From Nitrospirota bacterium (GTDB lineage: Bacteria > Nitrospirota > UBA9217): DNA of 64,000 nucleotides. The stretch spans positions 416,001 through 480,000 of the forward strand of contig CAVVUN010000015.1 in NCBI GenBank assembly GCA_963751455.1, read 5' to 3'. Both the position numbers and the translations under genes were made by a program. The notes under the pieces are model-generated. The model saw only the letters and a program-made list of their open reading frames with translations, did no database searches and was not told the origin of the DNA. Within the stretch, counting starts at the first letter, position 1. The number at the start of each line of letters is the position of its first letter. Below, in pieces: positions 1-10,100 of the stretch.

Positions 1-2
1 CT

Positions 3-1097
3 GTGCGAGACCTTATTAATCAGATGAAGACGAGCAGGGAGCCGAACTATTGTGTTCGTGTAACGGCGAATGACGGCGCGCTCGGTGACCAGTACCTGAG
101 AGAATTTCAGGACAACGAAAAGAGTATCCCAACGATTCTGACCACCTCGCAAAAACTTTCGACGGGCGTGGACGCACGAAATATCCGAAACATTGTGCTG
201 ATGCGGCCGATCAACTCGATGATTGAGTTCAAGCAGATTATTGGGCGCGGAACCCGGCTGTTTGACGGCAAGGATTACTTCACGATTTACGATTTTGTGA
301 AAGCGCACCACCACTTTAGCGATCCGGCATGGGACGGGGAACCGTTAGAACCAGAGCCGTGCTCGAAATGTGGAGAAAGACCGTGCGTCTGTGAAAAAAG
401 GCCGCCTCAACCCTGCAAGGTCTGCGGCAAGCAACCTTGCGTTTGTATAAAGGAGCCTTGTGCGATATGCGGCCAACGACCTTGTGGATGCAAGAAGAAA
501 GCGAAGGTAAAGCTGGCCGACGGTAAGGAGCGAACTATTCAGCATATTATGGTGACGACTTTCTGGGGGCCGGATGGAAAGCCTCTGTCTGCTGCGCAAT
601 TTTTGGAGAGTCTGTTCGGGACGCTGCCTGAATTCTTCCAGGACGAGGACGAGTTGAGAAAGATATGGAGTGTTCCTAATACTAGGAGGAAATTCTTAGA
701 GGGTTTGGCTGACAAAGGTTTTGGAAGAGAACCATTGGCAGAGATGCAGAAGATCATCGAAGCTGAAAAGAGCGACCTTTTTGATGTCCTCGCCTATGTT
801 GCCTTTGCGCTGCAGCCGGTGACCCGTGAAGAACGGGCGAATAAGGCAAAGACGGTCATCCATGTTCAGTTCAACGATAAACAACAGGCTTTCTTAGATT
901 TTGTGCTGGCGCAATATGTAAAAGAGGGCGTTGACGAGTTGGATCAAGCAAAGCTTACGCCGCTTCTGCGGCTGAAGTATCGTGATTCACTTGCGGATGC
1001 CGTGGCCGATCTTGGTCCGGCGACTGAAATCGGCAAGGTGTTCAGCGGCTTTCAGAAGTATCTTTATCAACATACGGGGGGAACTGCGGGACGTTGA
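3..1097 (+). CDS. hsdR: Type I restriction enzyme R subunit, C-terminal part (EcoEI/EcoAI-like), 5'-truncated by the window edge
   Basis: Helicase motifs LSTGVDA and FKQIIGRGTRL; EcoEI_R_C-like tail (SDLFDVLAYVAF...FQKYLY); Cys-rich insert at ~357-492. Confidence 0.9.
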   Translation: MRDLINQMKTSREPNYCVRVTANDGALGDQYLREFQDNEKSIPTILTTSQKLSTGVDARNIRNIVLMRPINSMIEFKQIIGRGTRLFDGKDYFTIYDFVKAHHHFSDPAWDGEPLEPEPCSKCGERPCVCEKRPPQPCKVCGKQPCVCIKEPCAICGQRPCGCKKKAKVKLADGKERTIQHIMVTTFWGPDGKPLSAAQFLESLFGTLPEFFQDEDELRKIWSVPNTRRKFLEGLADKGFGREPLAEMQKIIEAEKSDLFDVLAYVAFALQPVTREERANKAKTVIHVQFNDKQQAFLDFVLAQYVKEGVDELDQAKLTPLLRLKYRDSLADAVADLGPATEIGKVFSGFQKYLYQHTGGTAGR

Positions 1098-1249
1098 TGT
1101 TTTTTGTTGCAAAGAAGACTTAGAGGATGAAGGTCACAGGGACAATAGTAGAGCCTATTAGAGGACTTTGAGATTGACATTTTAAATTGACGAAAACGTT
1201 TATTTCAACCAGTAATTGATAATTGAAGTTCCCTCTGGCGAAGTGAACA

Positions 1250-1541
1250 GTTAGCAGGTGAAATCAATAACCGTTTTTTCTCAATGTGCTCCGGTGACCT
1301 TATTTTTTCCACGATTTTGGGAGAACGCCCTCTGAATCTTATTCTTTTGTTTCCTGAAGATTTTATCCATGGCACAAATCGCGTACGGCTTGAAGGCCGA
1401 CGGTTAAAGCACGTGTTTGAAGTCCATCGGGCGAAGATCAATGACGAGCTTTGCGTCGGACTCATGAATGACCGGATCGGGACGGGACGGATCTCCGCTC
1501 TCAAGCTCCTGAATGCCTTTCGGGTGGAGAAAAGCTATTGA
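1250..1541 (+). pseudogene. Decayed partial copy of rsmE with its upstream region
   Basis: Aligns by eye to ~6010-6250, then jumps to ~6410-6440 (LLNAFRVEKSY) and ends in TGA; internal deletion. Confidence 0.85.
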
Positions 1542-1578
1542 AAACTTCTTGGGGTCAAAAACTTCTTGGGGTCAGGTC
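1542..1578. repeat. Short tandem duplication aaacttcttggggtca x2 ending in GGGGTCAGGTC (REP-like end)
   Basis: Visible directly in the sequence. Confidence 0.7.
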
Positions 1579-1755
1579 CATACTGTTGGACTTTTCCTTA
1601 AAACGTCCCACCTTGAAAAATCTGCTTTGTTAAAAGCAACACTTGTAGGTATCAATTAAGACGAAGAACAATCCGGGACGTTGATACGCAACGTGCAAAA
1701 AACCATCTGAGTAGAGCCGACGAAATCGTTCAGCCCAACCACGCCCTGATACTCT

Positions 1756-1977
1756 TTAATCCAACAGCGTTTCCCATCGGCAACCAATCGCTCTTTGAAT
1801 TCTTTTTGCCGTGGTTAAGAGAATATTGGTTTGTCCCGCCTCAATTTTTTGAACAGTCCTCACGTTTAAAAAGGTAAGCTCTGCGAGTTTTTCCTGGGTG
1901 ATATTGCGTGCGGTTCTTTCTCGCCGCAAATTCTCGCCGAAAAGCTTTAATTCTTTTTGTATTTGTTTTTTATTCAT
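1756..1977 (-). CDS. XRE/Cro-C1 family helix-turn-helix regulator
   Basis: FGENLRRERTARNITQEKLAELTFLNVRTVQKIEAGQTN HTH_3 pattern; likely start MNKKQ at 1977. Confidence 0.85.
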   Translation of the reverse strand: MNKKQIQKELKLFGENLRRERTARNITQEKLAELTFLNVRTVQKIEAGQTNILLTTAKRIQRAIGCRWETLLD

Positions 1978-2118
1978 ACGCCCTATTATGCCGTAAAATA
2001 ATTCTTGACAACACGGCATGATAGGGCGTAAAGTAATTTATTGTGGATCGCGTTTCTCAGACCCAAAATCGAGATAAATAAATGGAAAAATAAGTAACCG
2101 CGTGTTTGGGGGTCTATC

Positions 2119-2376
2119 GTGAGCACATCGAAGAAACGGGTGAAATCACTGCGAAGAAGACAGCCGGTAACGCTGGACATGATCGATCAGGCCAATGTGG
2201 ACATTGATTTTGTCGAAAGCTTCATAGATCTGCTTTCCATTGTCAGCGAGGCGGCACAGCTTGACGGCGTCAGAAGCAGCGCAATAACTTGCATGTGCAG
2301 CCAGTCGAAAATCAGGATAGACGCGATTAAAGGATTTATAAGAAGCCTTCCGGGGTGTACCGGGGTAAGCCCGTGA
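2119..2376 (+). CDS. Small hypothetical protein divergent from the XRE gene
   Basis: 85-aa ORF with GTG start; no recognised motif. Confidence 0.4.
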   Translation: MSTSKKRVKSLRRRQPVTLDMIDQANVDIDFVESFIDLLSIVSEAAQLDGVRSSAITCMCSQSKIRIDAIKGFIRSLPGCTGVSP

Positions 2377-2413
2377 CCGGACTTTAGCTTGTAACCACAT
2401 AAAGGTCGGGTCA

Positions 2414-2777
2414 TGAAATATCACTTTTTAGTTTACAGACCTTGATCTCATTCCCCTGTTTTCCTTGATTCGTAATCCCGCGACTTAGCATCCCCCGGCC
2501 CTGCCGGGATGAAACGCGCTTACTCGCGCGTGGCTTCAACGAGCCAGGCTGTCGCGAGTGCGCAGTCCCGGGAGGTCGCGACTATTTAGACCCGACAAGT
2601 CGGGATGCCGGAGGGGGCTCCACTCAGCCAGCGGCCTTGCCCATATCGATCAGCATTTTTCGATCCTGATCGACTCTCATCTCCAGCAATGCAGAAGTTC
2701 TTCCTCGATCTTCACGAAATGTCTGAACGCTTCGATCAGCTTCGGGTCCTGCATGGCTTCCGCATCATGCCTGCCCG
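2414..2777. repeat. Degenerate direct repeat, copy 1 (REP-like end plus 3' remnant of a minus-strand hypothetical gene), interrupted by a 150-nt insert
   Basis: Matches 3568-3779; minus strand reads GRHDAEAMQDPKLIEAFRHFVKIEEEL...DMGKAAG*. Confidence 0.8.
2474..2623. mobile_element. MITE/REP-like palindromic insertion, copy 1
   Basis: Absent from the second repeat copy at ~3626; homologous to 27020-27129. Confidence 0.7.
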
Positions 2778-2850
2778 TTCGATGTATTGACATCGGTCTG
2801 ATCCAAGCATATAGTCGTTACAGATAGTTTCATCGTATAGGAGACGTTAT

Positions 2851-3450
2851 ATGAGTTCTTCTCATTATCTTCCTGATAATTTGAAAGCACATACTAAGGC
2901 TATGATGTTTATCGATGGCGAAAACTTGGCAATTCGGTATAAGAACGCGATATCTGGAGATCAGCCGTTACCGCACGTCGAAGTGTTGGAGGACGTTTAC
3001 GTCTGGTCCAGAGTAGCCAATATTCCCCACCATACTCATTGTGAGGTAATGCGTAAATACTATTATACAGCAGTACAGGGAGACGAAGACAAAATTCGGG
3101 ATGTAGAGCGAAAGTTAAAAGATCTCGGCATTGAAGCGCCGAAGGTTTTTAAAAAGGTAAAAGGCCGGTCATCAAAAAGAGTGGATATAACATTGGCTAC
3201 AGATATGCTTACTCATGCAAATCGCGGAAATTATGATATCGCGATTCTTGTTGCTGGTGATGCTGATTACGTCCCTCTCGTTCAGGCAATAAAAGGCGAA
3301 GGCCGCCGCGTTGTAGTTTGGTTTTTTGAGTCAGGCGGAGGTCTAAGTGATAAATTGCAAATGGAGGCAGATTACTTTTCTGACATATCCTGGTTTTTCC
3401 TTAAACCAGCTGACAAAATTAGGGTGTATTATCCGGGGGTAGGGCTGTAA
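2851..3450 (+). CDS. NYN-domain (LabA/DUF88, PIN-like) predicted RNase
   Basis: FIDGENL, KRVDITLATDML and ILVAGDADYVPLV motifs. Confidence 0.9.
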   Translation: MSSSHYLPDNLKAHTKAMMFIDGENLAIRYKNAISGDQPLPHVEVLEDVYVWSRVANIPHHTHCEVMRKYYYTAVQGDEDKIRDVERKLKDLGIEAPKVFKKVKGRSSKRVDITLATDMLTHANRGNYDIAILVAGDADYVPLVQAIKGEGRRVVVWFFESGGGLSDKLQMEADYFSDISWFFLKPADKIRVYYPGVGL

Positions 3451-3567
3451 AGCCTGGCTTCTTTAGACCTGCCCCTCGAAAATAGTGCCATTTCCGATTA
3501 GAGTGTGACATAATATCGCCACTCGAAAAGAGAACTTTGCGAACCAAATGGGATCGCGTCTTCGTCT

Positions 3568-3779
3568 TGAAATATCACTTTTCAACTTACAGACCTGATC
3601 TCATTCCCCGGTTTTCCTTGATTCGTGGTCAGCCAGCGGCCTTGCCCATCTCGATCAGCACTTTTCGATCCTGGTCGACTCTCATCTCCAGCAAATGCAT
3701 AAGTTCTTCCTCGATCTCCACGAAATGTTTAAATGCTTCGAGCTTCGGGTCCTGCAGCGCTTCAGCATCATGCCTGCCC
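3568..3779. repeat. Degenerate direct repeat, copy 2 (empty insertion site)
   Basis: Matches 2414-2473 joined to 2624-2777. Confidence 0.8.
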
Positions 3780-3998
3780 ATGGGCAGGTCCCGGTATCCT
3801 GCCATCCGCCTTGCAGTTTTTTCAAGGTGCGGACATCTTGCGAGACAGTGACCGAAATGGGATAAAATTAATTCTGCAGCCCGTTACTTCTTCACATCTT
3901 TCACACCTTAATTGCTATTTTTTCAGCTTTAAACAAAATCAAGATTTGTAGGTGTAGTATTTATCCCGGCTCAAACCATCGCAAAATCAATCAACTCT

Positions 3999-4260
3999 TC
4001 AGTTTCCCTTTTTCAGCTCCTGCGCCACAACAGCCATTGCTACGCCGCCGAGGATCAGTATTGATGCGATCACGAGCCTGAGCGTGACGAGTTCGGACAG
4101 GAATATCACCCCGCCGAACGCGTCCAGGACAGGGACCGACAGCCGGACTGCGGCTGCGCGCGTCGAAGAAAGGCCGCGGAGCGCAGCGTACCAGATGACG
4201 TAGCCGATTCCTGAAGCAGCAGTGCCGGAGAGGACTGCGAGCAGGACGGCTTCAGCGTCC
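3999..4260 (-). pseudogene. C-terminal fragment of an EamA/DMT family transporter
   Basis: ASGIGYVIWYAALRGLSSTRAAAVRLSVPV...GGVIFLSE; N-terminal two-thirds missing. Confidence 0.75.
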
Positions 4261-4341
4261 ACATGAAGCAAAATGTCGGCACATAGTGCTCATATGCCGA
4301 CATTTTTTATCGCAAAATGGGAAGTGTGAACAAAATTTATA

Positions 4342-4387
4342 GTGTGAAACTGTTGACATTTAATTATAAGTGTGTACAATTTCACAC
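4342..4387 (+). promoter_or_regulatory. abiE promoter with overlapping inverted-repeat operator
   Basis: TTGACA(4353)-16-TACAAT(4375); inverted repeat gtgtgaaactgt / acaatttcacac spans it. Confidence 0.75.
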
Positions 4388-4993
4388 ATGAAGCGGTCAC
4401 AAGTCAACGAAACCCTAAAGTTCGCCCGGAAGCGGGGGATTTTCACTGCCGGGGAGGCGGCGCGAGAGGGCATTCACAGCCAAATTCTTACGCGGCTCGT
4501 TCAGCAGGGCGCCGTCGAGCGCATTGCCCGGGGACAATACCGTCTCCCGGAGCAACCATTCACCGAGCATCATACGCTCGCTGTGGTCGCTCGCGCCGTA
4601 CCTGACGGCGTGGTCTGTCTTATCTCTGCGCTGAGCTTTCACGAAATCGGCACCCAGCTCCCTCCCCACATCTGGCTTGCTGTTGACCGGCGAGCACGCA
4701 GCCCGAAGATGCGCTACCCTGCGCTTCGCGTCGTAAAATTCAGCGAAAAGGCTTTTACCGAGGGCATCGAAATTCACAACATCGAAGGGCAGCCGGTGAA
4801 AATATACGGCGTTGCCAAGACCCTTGCTGACCTTTTCAAATACCGCAACAAGATCGGTCTTGATGTCGCTCTTGAAGCCCTGCGCGAGGCATGGCGAGAG
4901 CGCCGCTTCACCATGAATGAAATGGATCGCTATGCGCGGATTTGCCGCGTCCAACGTGTCATGAAGCCGTATCTGGAGGCCTTGGTCGCATGA
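4388..4993 (+). CDS. abiEi: Type IV TA antitoxin, AbiEi family (wHTH)
   Basis: N-terminal LTRLVQQGAVERIARGQYRL; VCLISALSFHEI; KTLADLFKYRNKIGLDVALEAL. Confidence 0.9.
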   Translation: MKRSQVNETLKFARKRGIFTAGEAAREGIHSQILTRLVQQGAVERIARGQYRLPEQPFTEHHTLAVVARAVPDGVVCLISALSFHEIGTQLPPHIWLAVDRRARSPKMRYPALRVVKFSEKAFTEGIEIHNIEGQPVKIYGVAKTLADLFKYRNKIGLDVALEALREAWRERRFTMNEMDRYARICRVQRVMKPYLEALVA

Positions 4994-5928
4994 GAGCCAA
5001 GACCCACGGCCTTTCCCGGTCAATACACACGCGCCTTGTCAGTCACGCCCGGTCGCTGGGCGTAGAGACGGAGCTCCTGCTGACGCGCTTCGCCACAGAG
5101 CGGTTCCTCTACAGGTTGTCCCGTTCGCCTCATGCCGGGCGATTTGTTCTCAAGGGCGCGCTCCTCATGCTCGCGTGGCTTGGTGAGACGATCCGGCCGA
5201 CGCGCGATGCCGATCTTCTCGGTTTCGGAGACCTGTCGGATGAAGCGTTGGTCAATATTTTTCAGGACGTATGTGCCGTGGAAGTAGAGCCGGACGCCAT
5301 GACGTACCATCAGGACTCCATCCGGGTGGCGGCAATCCGTGATGAGGATGCCTACGGCGGAAGACGTGTAACGCTTCGCGCGCAGCTCGGGTCGGCCCGT
5401 CTTCGCGTTCAGGTGGACGTGGGCCTCGGGGATGCGATATCACCGCCGCCTCAATGGCTGAACTATCCAGGTCTGCTTAATCTACCGGAGCCGCGGTTGC
5501 GGGCGTATCGTCCGGAGACGGTGATAGCAGAAAAGTTCCATGCCATGGTGCTGCTTGGCACAAACAACAGCCGCATGAGGGACTTCTTTGACGTGTACGT
5601 GCTGGCTCAGTTCCAAACCTTTAACGGCGATCTTCTCGCGGGTGCGCTTCGCGCAACCTTCGAGCGGCGACGCACCGCCATCCCTGGCGGGCTGCCGACA
5701 GCGCTCAGGTCCGAGTTCGCAGCAATGCGGGACAAACAGGCGCAGTGGCGGGCATTTCTTACGAAGAGCGGCCTTACCTCCGCACCATCGGGACTTGCAG
5801 AGGTCATTAAGCGTCTTGCGCAATTCATGGAACCGGTCATCAAGGCTGCACGCACGGGTACACCTTACCCCAAATCATGGCCACCCGGCGGTCCATGGGA
5901 GGCGGCGAAGAATCCGCCGAGATTATGA
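4990..5928 (+). CDS. abiEii: Type IV TA toxin, AbiEii/AbiGii nucleotidyltransferase
   Basis: FVLKGALLM...RPTRDADLL, ETVIAEKF, NSRMRDFFD; ATGA overlap with the antitoxin. Confidence 0.92.
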   Translation: MRAKTHGLSRSIHTRLVSHARSLGVETELLLTRFATERFLYRLSRSPHAGRFVLKGALLMLAWLGETIRPTRDADLLGFGDLSDEALVNIFQDVCAVEVEPDAMTYHQDSIRVAAIRDEDAYGGRRVTLRAQLGSARLRVQVDVGLGDAISPPPQWLNYPGLLNLPEPRLRAYRPETVIAEKFHAMVLLGTNNSRMRDFFDVYVLAQFQTFNGDLLAGALRATFERRRTAIPGGLPTALRSEFAAMRDKQAQWRAFLTKSGLTSAPSGLAEVIKRLAQFMEPVIKAARTGTPYPKSWPPGGPWEAAKNPPRL

Positions 5929-6086
5929 GGGTCACTTCTCGATTCTTGCCAAATAGCACCTTTCAAGCAGTAAATGGTGCAATCTCACTTCTGCGCCATC
6001 TGTTTAGTTGTAGGTGAAGTCAATAACCGTTTTTGCTCAATGCCGCTCCGGTGACCTTCTTGTTTCACGATTTCGGGAGAACGCCT

Positions 6087-6798
6087 CTGAATCTTATCCT
6101 TTTATTTCCTGAAGACCTTATCCATGGCACGAATCGCGCGCGGCTTGAAGGCCGACGTTTAAAGCACGTGCTTGAAGTTCATCGCGCGAAGATCAATGAT
6201 GAGCTTTGCGTGGGACTCATGAATGACCGGATCGGCACGGGACGGATCAACGTGCTCAATGGGTCCTTCCTTGAAATGGACGTGCGGCTCGAAGCGTATG
6301 CCGCCCGCACCCTTGCCCGTTACGCTTATTCTCGCGCTTCCTCGGCCTAAAGTGCTGAAAAGGGTTCTTCGCTCCGCGTCGGCAATGGGCGTGAAGCGGA
6401 TCGTTCTTCTGAATGCTTTCCGGGTGGAGAAAAGCTATTGGGGAAGTCCGGCTCTCGCGTCCGATAATCTGCGGGAGCAGCTTATCTCCGGCCTGGAGCA
6501 GGCGCGCGACACGGTTATTCCCGAAGTGCTGTTGCGACCTCTGTTCAAGCCCTTTGTCGAGGACGAACTTCCCGGTATTGCAAAGGGCACGGTTTCACTC
6601 GTTGCCCATCCCTATGCATCATTACCCTGCCCTCGAACAGCGGAAAAAGCCGTTACTCTCGTAGTGGGCCCTGAAGGCGGATTTATTCCGTATGAAATCG
6701 AAAAACTTGCTGCAGCCGGATTTACGGCTGTCCAGGCAGGTGAGCGGATTCTGAACGTGGAAACCGCTGTGCCAGCTCTGCTGTCCCTTCTGTTCTAG
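6087..6798 (+). CDS. rsmE: 16S rRNA m3U1498 methyltransferase (frameshift at ~6295, probable sequence error)
   Basis: LILALPRPKVL, VEKSYW, VGPEGGF, ERILNVETA SPOUT motifs; probable CTG start after GGAGA. Confidence 0.88.
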
Positions 6799-6875
6799 TC
6801 TCTTCTTTAAGTATTAAAAAAATAAATAATTTTTCGCCGTTAATAAGCAATGTCTGCGTAAAAAAGTATCTCAAA

Positions 6876-7058
6876 AGTGGCGTCAAATAACGCCACTGGC
6901 GTTAAATGCCGATGCTTTTTTCGATCTTTATTATCAGATAACGGTATATCGTCGCCCGTTGTAATACTTTTGGCACACATCTTTTTAAATTAAATGTCAA
7001 AAGACGGATATTTTCTGTATTTTCCTTCTTAAACAGGTACATGGCAGTTATCGTGCAT
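6876..7058 (+). promoter_or_regulatory. Candidate sigma-54 promoter with upstream palindromic activator site
   Basis: TGGCAGTTATCGTGCAT (GG-N10-GC) at 7042-7058; agtggcgt-N6-acgccact at 6876-6897. Confidence 0.5.
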
Positions 7059-7180
7059 ATATTCTCCATGCATTTAATAATCTGTTGCAGGGAACCGAAG
7101 CAGGGTCATTTACGAGCAACTCAGCAAACTGGATTTACTCGGTCTGAATAAAACCAGGCTTTTATTTAAGGAGATCTTTT

Positions 7181-10100
7181 TTGAAGATAATTAGCCTGAT
7201 ATACCCGAGGAAATCCGGCTGGAATCACGGAAGAAGTATAACTCTCATAATCCTTGTCGCCCTTCTTTCTCTTGGCGCTGTTTTTGTTCCAAGCGCTGAG
7301 GCCTCGGACGAGACTGCATCGTTGTTAGTCAAGATGAAGAACGGCCTTTCTCCGCAAGAACAGGCTGCTGTCATCTCACGAAACGGCGGGACCGAGAAAT
7401 CATCCATTCCTGCTCTCCGGCTGCACGTTGTCCAGATTCCTGCTAATGTTCTCTCTACGGCTTTGTCGAGTTATCAGTTCGATTCCCAGGTGGAAAGAGC
7501 GGAGATAAATCAAACACGCAAGTCCGAGGCAATGCCGTCTGACCCCCGATATAATGAGCAGTGGGCCTTGCCCCAAATTTCATGGGATCAGGTTTACGGT
7601 TCAGTAACAACATCCGGCACGGCAACAGTAGCGGTCCTTGACACCGGGATAGATGCTTCTCATCCCGACCTCAGCGGGGTTCTTGTTCCCGGCACTTCGA
7701 TTCTGGACTTATCAACGGGTATGACGGACTCAAACGGCCACGGGACCTGGATGGCGGGAATTATCGCTGCGGTCCCCAATACGGAGGGAATCGCGGGTGT
7801 AGCGTTTTCCGGAGTGAGAGTCATGCCTGTGGCTGTCCTCGGCGAGGACGGTACAGGCTGGGACAGCGATATCATCGCGGGCGTCATGTATGCCGCCGAC
7901 CATGGAGCCGACGTAATATTAATGGGGTTCAGTAATCCGGGATTCAGCCAGGGTCTTCAGGACGCCATTGATTATGCATGGTCCAAGAACGCGGTCCTCG
8001 TAGCGGCAACAGGCAACGACCGATCCGGGACCCCGACGTATCCCGCGGGCGATCGCGGCGTTGTGGGCGTCTCCGCGACGAACGCCGAGGACATCCTGGC
8101 CGACTTCAGCAATTACGGGGAAGATGCCTTCCTTGCTGCGCCTGGCACGAATATCCTGACTACTAACTTAACCGGCACTTATACACCTTATACGCCAGTC
8201 ACGGGTACATCCGCATCAGCTGCCATTGTCGCGGGCGTTGCAGCGTTCATGAGGGCTGTTGATCCGAGCCTGACAAATGGCGTCATCGTCGGTCGTCTCG
8301 CAGGCACAGCCGATCCTGCGGGTTCAGAGAATCAGACCGGAAACGGACGCGTTAACATGGCACGGGCTGTGTCGAGTACGGCAACCGAATCTATCCAGCC
8401 CGTTGGCATACCGGGAGGAGGCCCGATATTAGGGCCGTATGTAGCGGGGGCTCTTGTCCTGCGCAATGTTACTCTCGGTTCACAGAACGGTACACTGGCT
8501 TCGGGCACTCCAGGCTCCGTGACATTTGCTCTCACAGTAACAAAAGTCGGCGGCTCAGGTAATGCCGCACTGACCGTTACCACGCCGCTCCCCGCCGGAA
8601 CGAGCGTCTCTTTCAGCCCGGACCCCCTTGTTTTTCTTGACAACGGCAACTATACCGAAACCTGCACATTGACAATCAGTACATTGTCCTCGACTGCTGC
8701 CAGTACTACAACCTTTACTCTGCAAACAGCAGCAAGCAATGCGGTTACAGCCACCGGTACATTGACAATCGTAAAAGGGACTCCCATTATCACCTGGGCC
8801 AACCCGGATAACATAACTTATGGAACGCCTCTCGGCGATACACAGTTGAATGCCAGCGCATCAGTGTCCGGCACACCATCAGTTCCCGGCTCATTCTCCT
8901 ATACACCGGCCGGCGGCACAGTACTTTCAGCAGGCAGCGGCCAGGGACTGCACGCAGACTTTAGCCCGGCTGAACCGAACAATTACAATACTGCTTCTGC
9001 TGATGTCCAGATCAACGTGCTAAAGGCTCCGGCGACAGTGACGTTAGGCAATCTCAGCCAGACCTACGATGGGACAGCCAGGAACGCTACAGCAACGACA
9101 TCCCCGGAGGGTCTTAATGTGACGTTCACTTACAACGGTTTATCAATAGCCCCTAACAATGCCGGCACGTACACTGTGATCGGAACGATCAACGAGACGA
9201 ATTACGCAGGCAGCGCCACGGGCACAATGATCATTGACATGGTCACGCCGAGCGTGACGACCTGGCCCACGGCGAGCGGTATCACATACGGGCAGCCGCT
9301 CTCGGCATCGTCGCTGACAGGGGGCAGTGCATCAGTTTCCGGCAGCTTCGCTTTTACCGTACCGACCACTGCACCCGATGCCGGCGCCTACAGCGCTGCA
9401 GTGACCTTTACCCCGACTGATACCACGAACTACAACCTTGTGAGCGGCAGCGTGGAGGTGGCAATTGCCAGAGCGAACCAGGAAACGCTCCTGGTTATCG
9501 CTCCCGGGACTCTTACCTACGGGACCACAGCGACGCTCTCGAGCAGCGGCGGCAGCGGGAATGGAGCGGTTTCATACAGTGCGGGCTCCTCCACAGGCTG
9601 TTCGGTGTCCGGCAGCACTCTCTTTGTTAATAATGCAAGCGGCGATTGCATGGTAACAGCGACAAAAGCCGGAGACGCTAACTACAATGAAGCTACTTCA
9701 TCAGCGGCAACGGTCGCGCTGCAGAAGGCAAGCCAGGCAACGGTCGCGCTCATTGCTCCGGCAATTCTTACCTATGGGACCACAACGACGCTCTCGAGCA
9801 GCGGCGGCAGCGGCACGGGAGCAGTGTCATACAGCGTTGGCTCCTCCACAGGCTGTTCGGCGTCCGGCAGCACTCTCTCGGTTACGAACGCAAGCGGCGA
9901 CTGCATGGTAACAGCGACAAAAGCCGGGGATTCGAACTTCAATGAAGCGTCCTCTTCAGCGGCAACGGTCGCGCTGCAGAAGGCAAGCCAGGCAACGGTT
10001 GCGATCATCGCTCCCGGAATTCTTACCTATGGGACCACAACGACGCTCTCGAGCAGCGGCGGCAGCGGCACGGGAGCAATGTCATACAGCGTTGGCTCCT

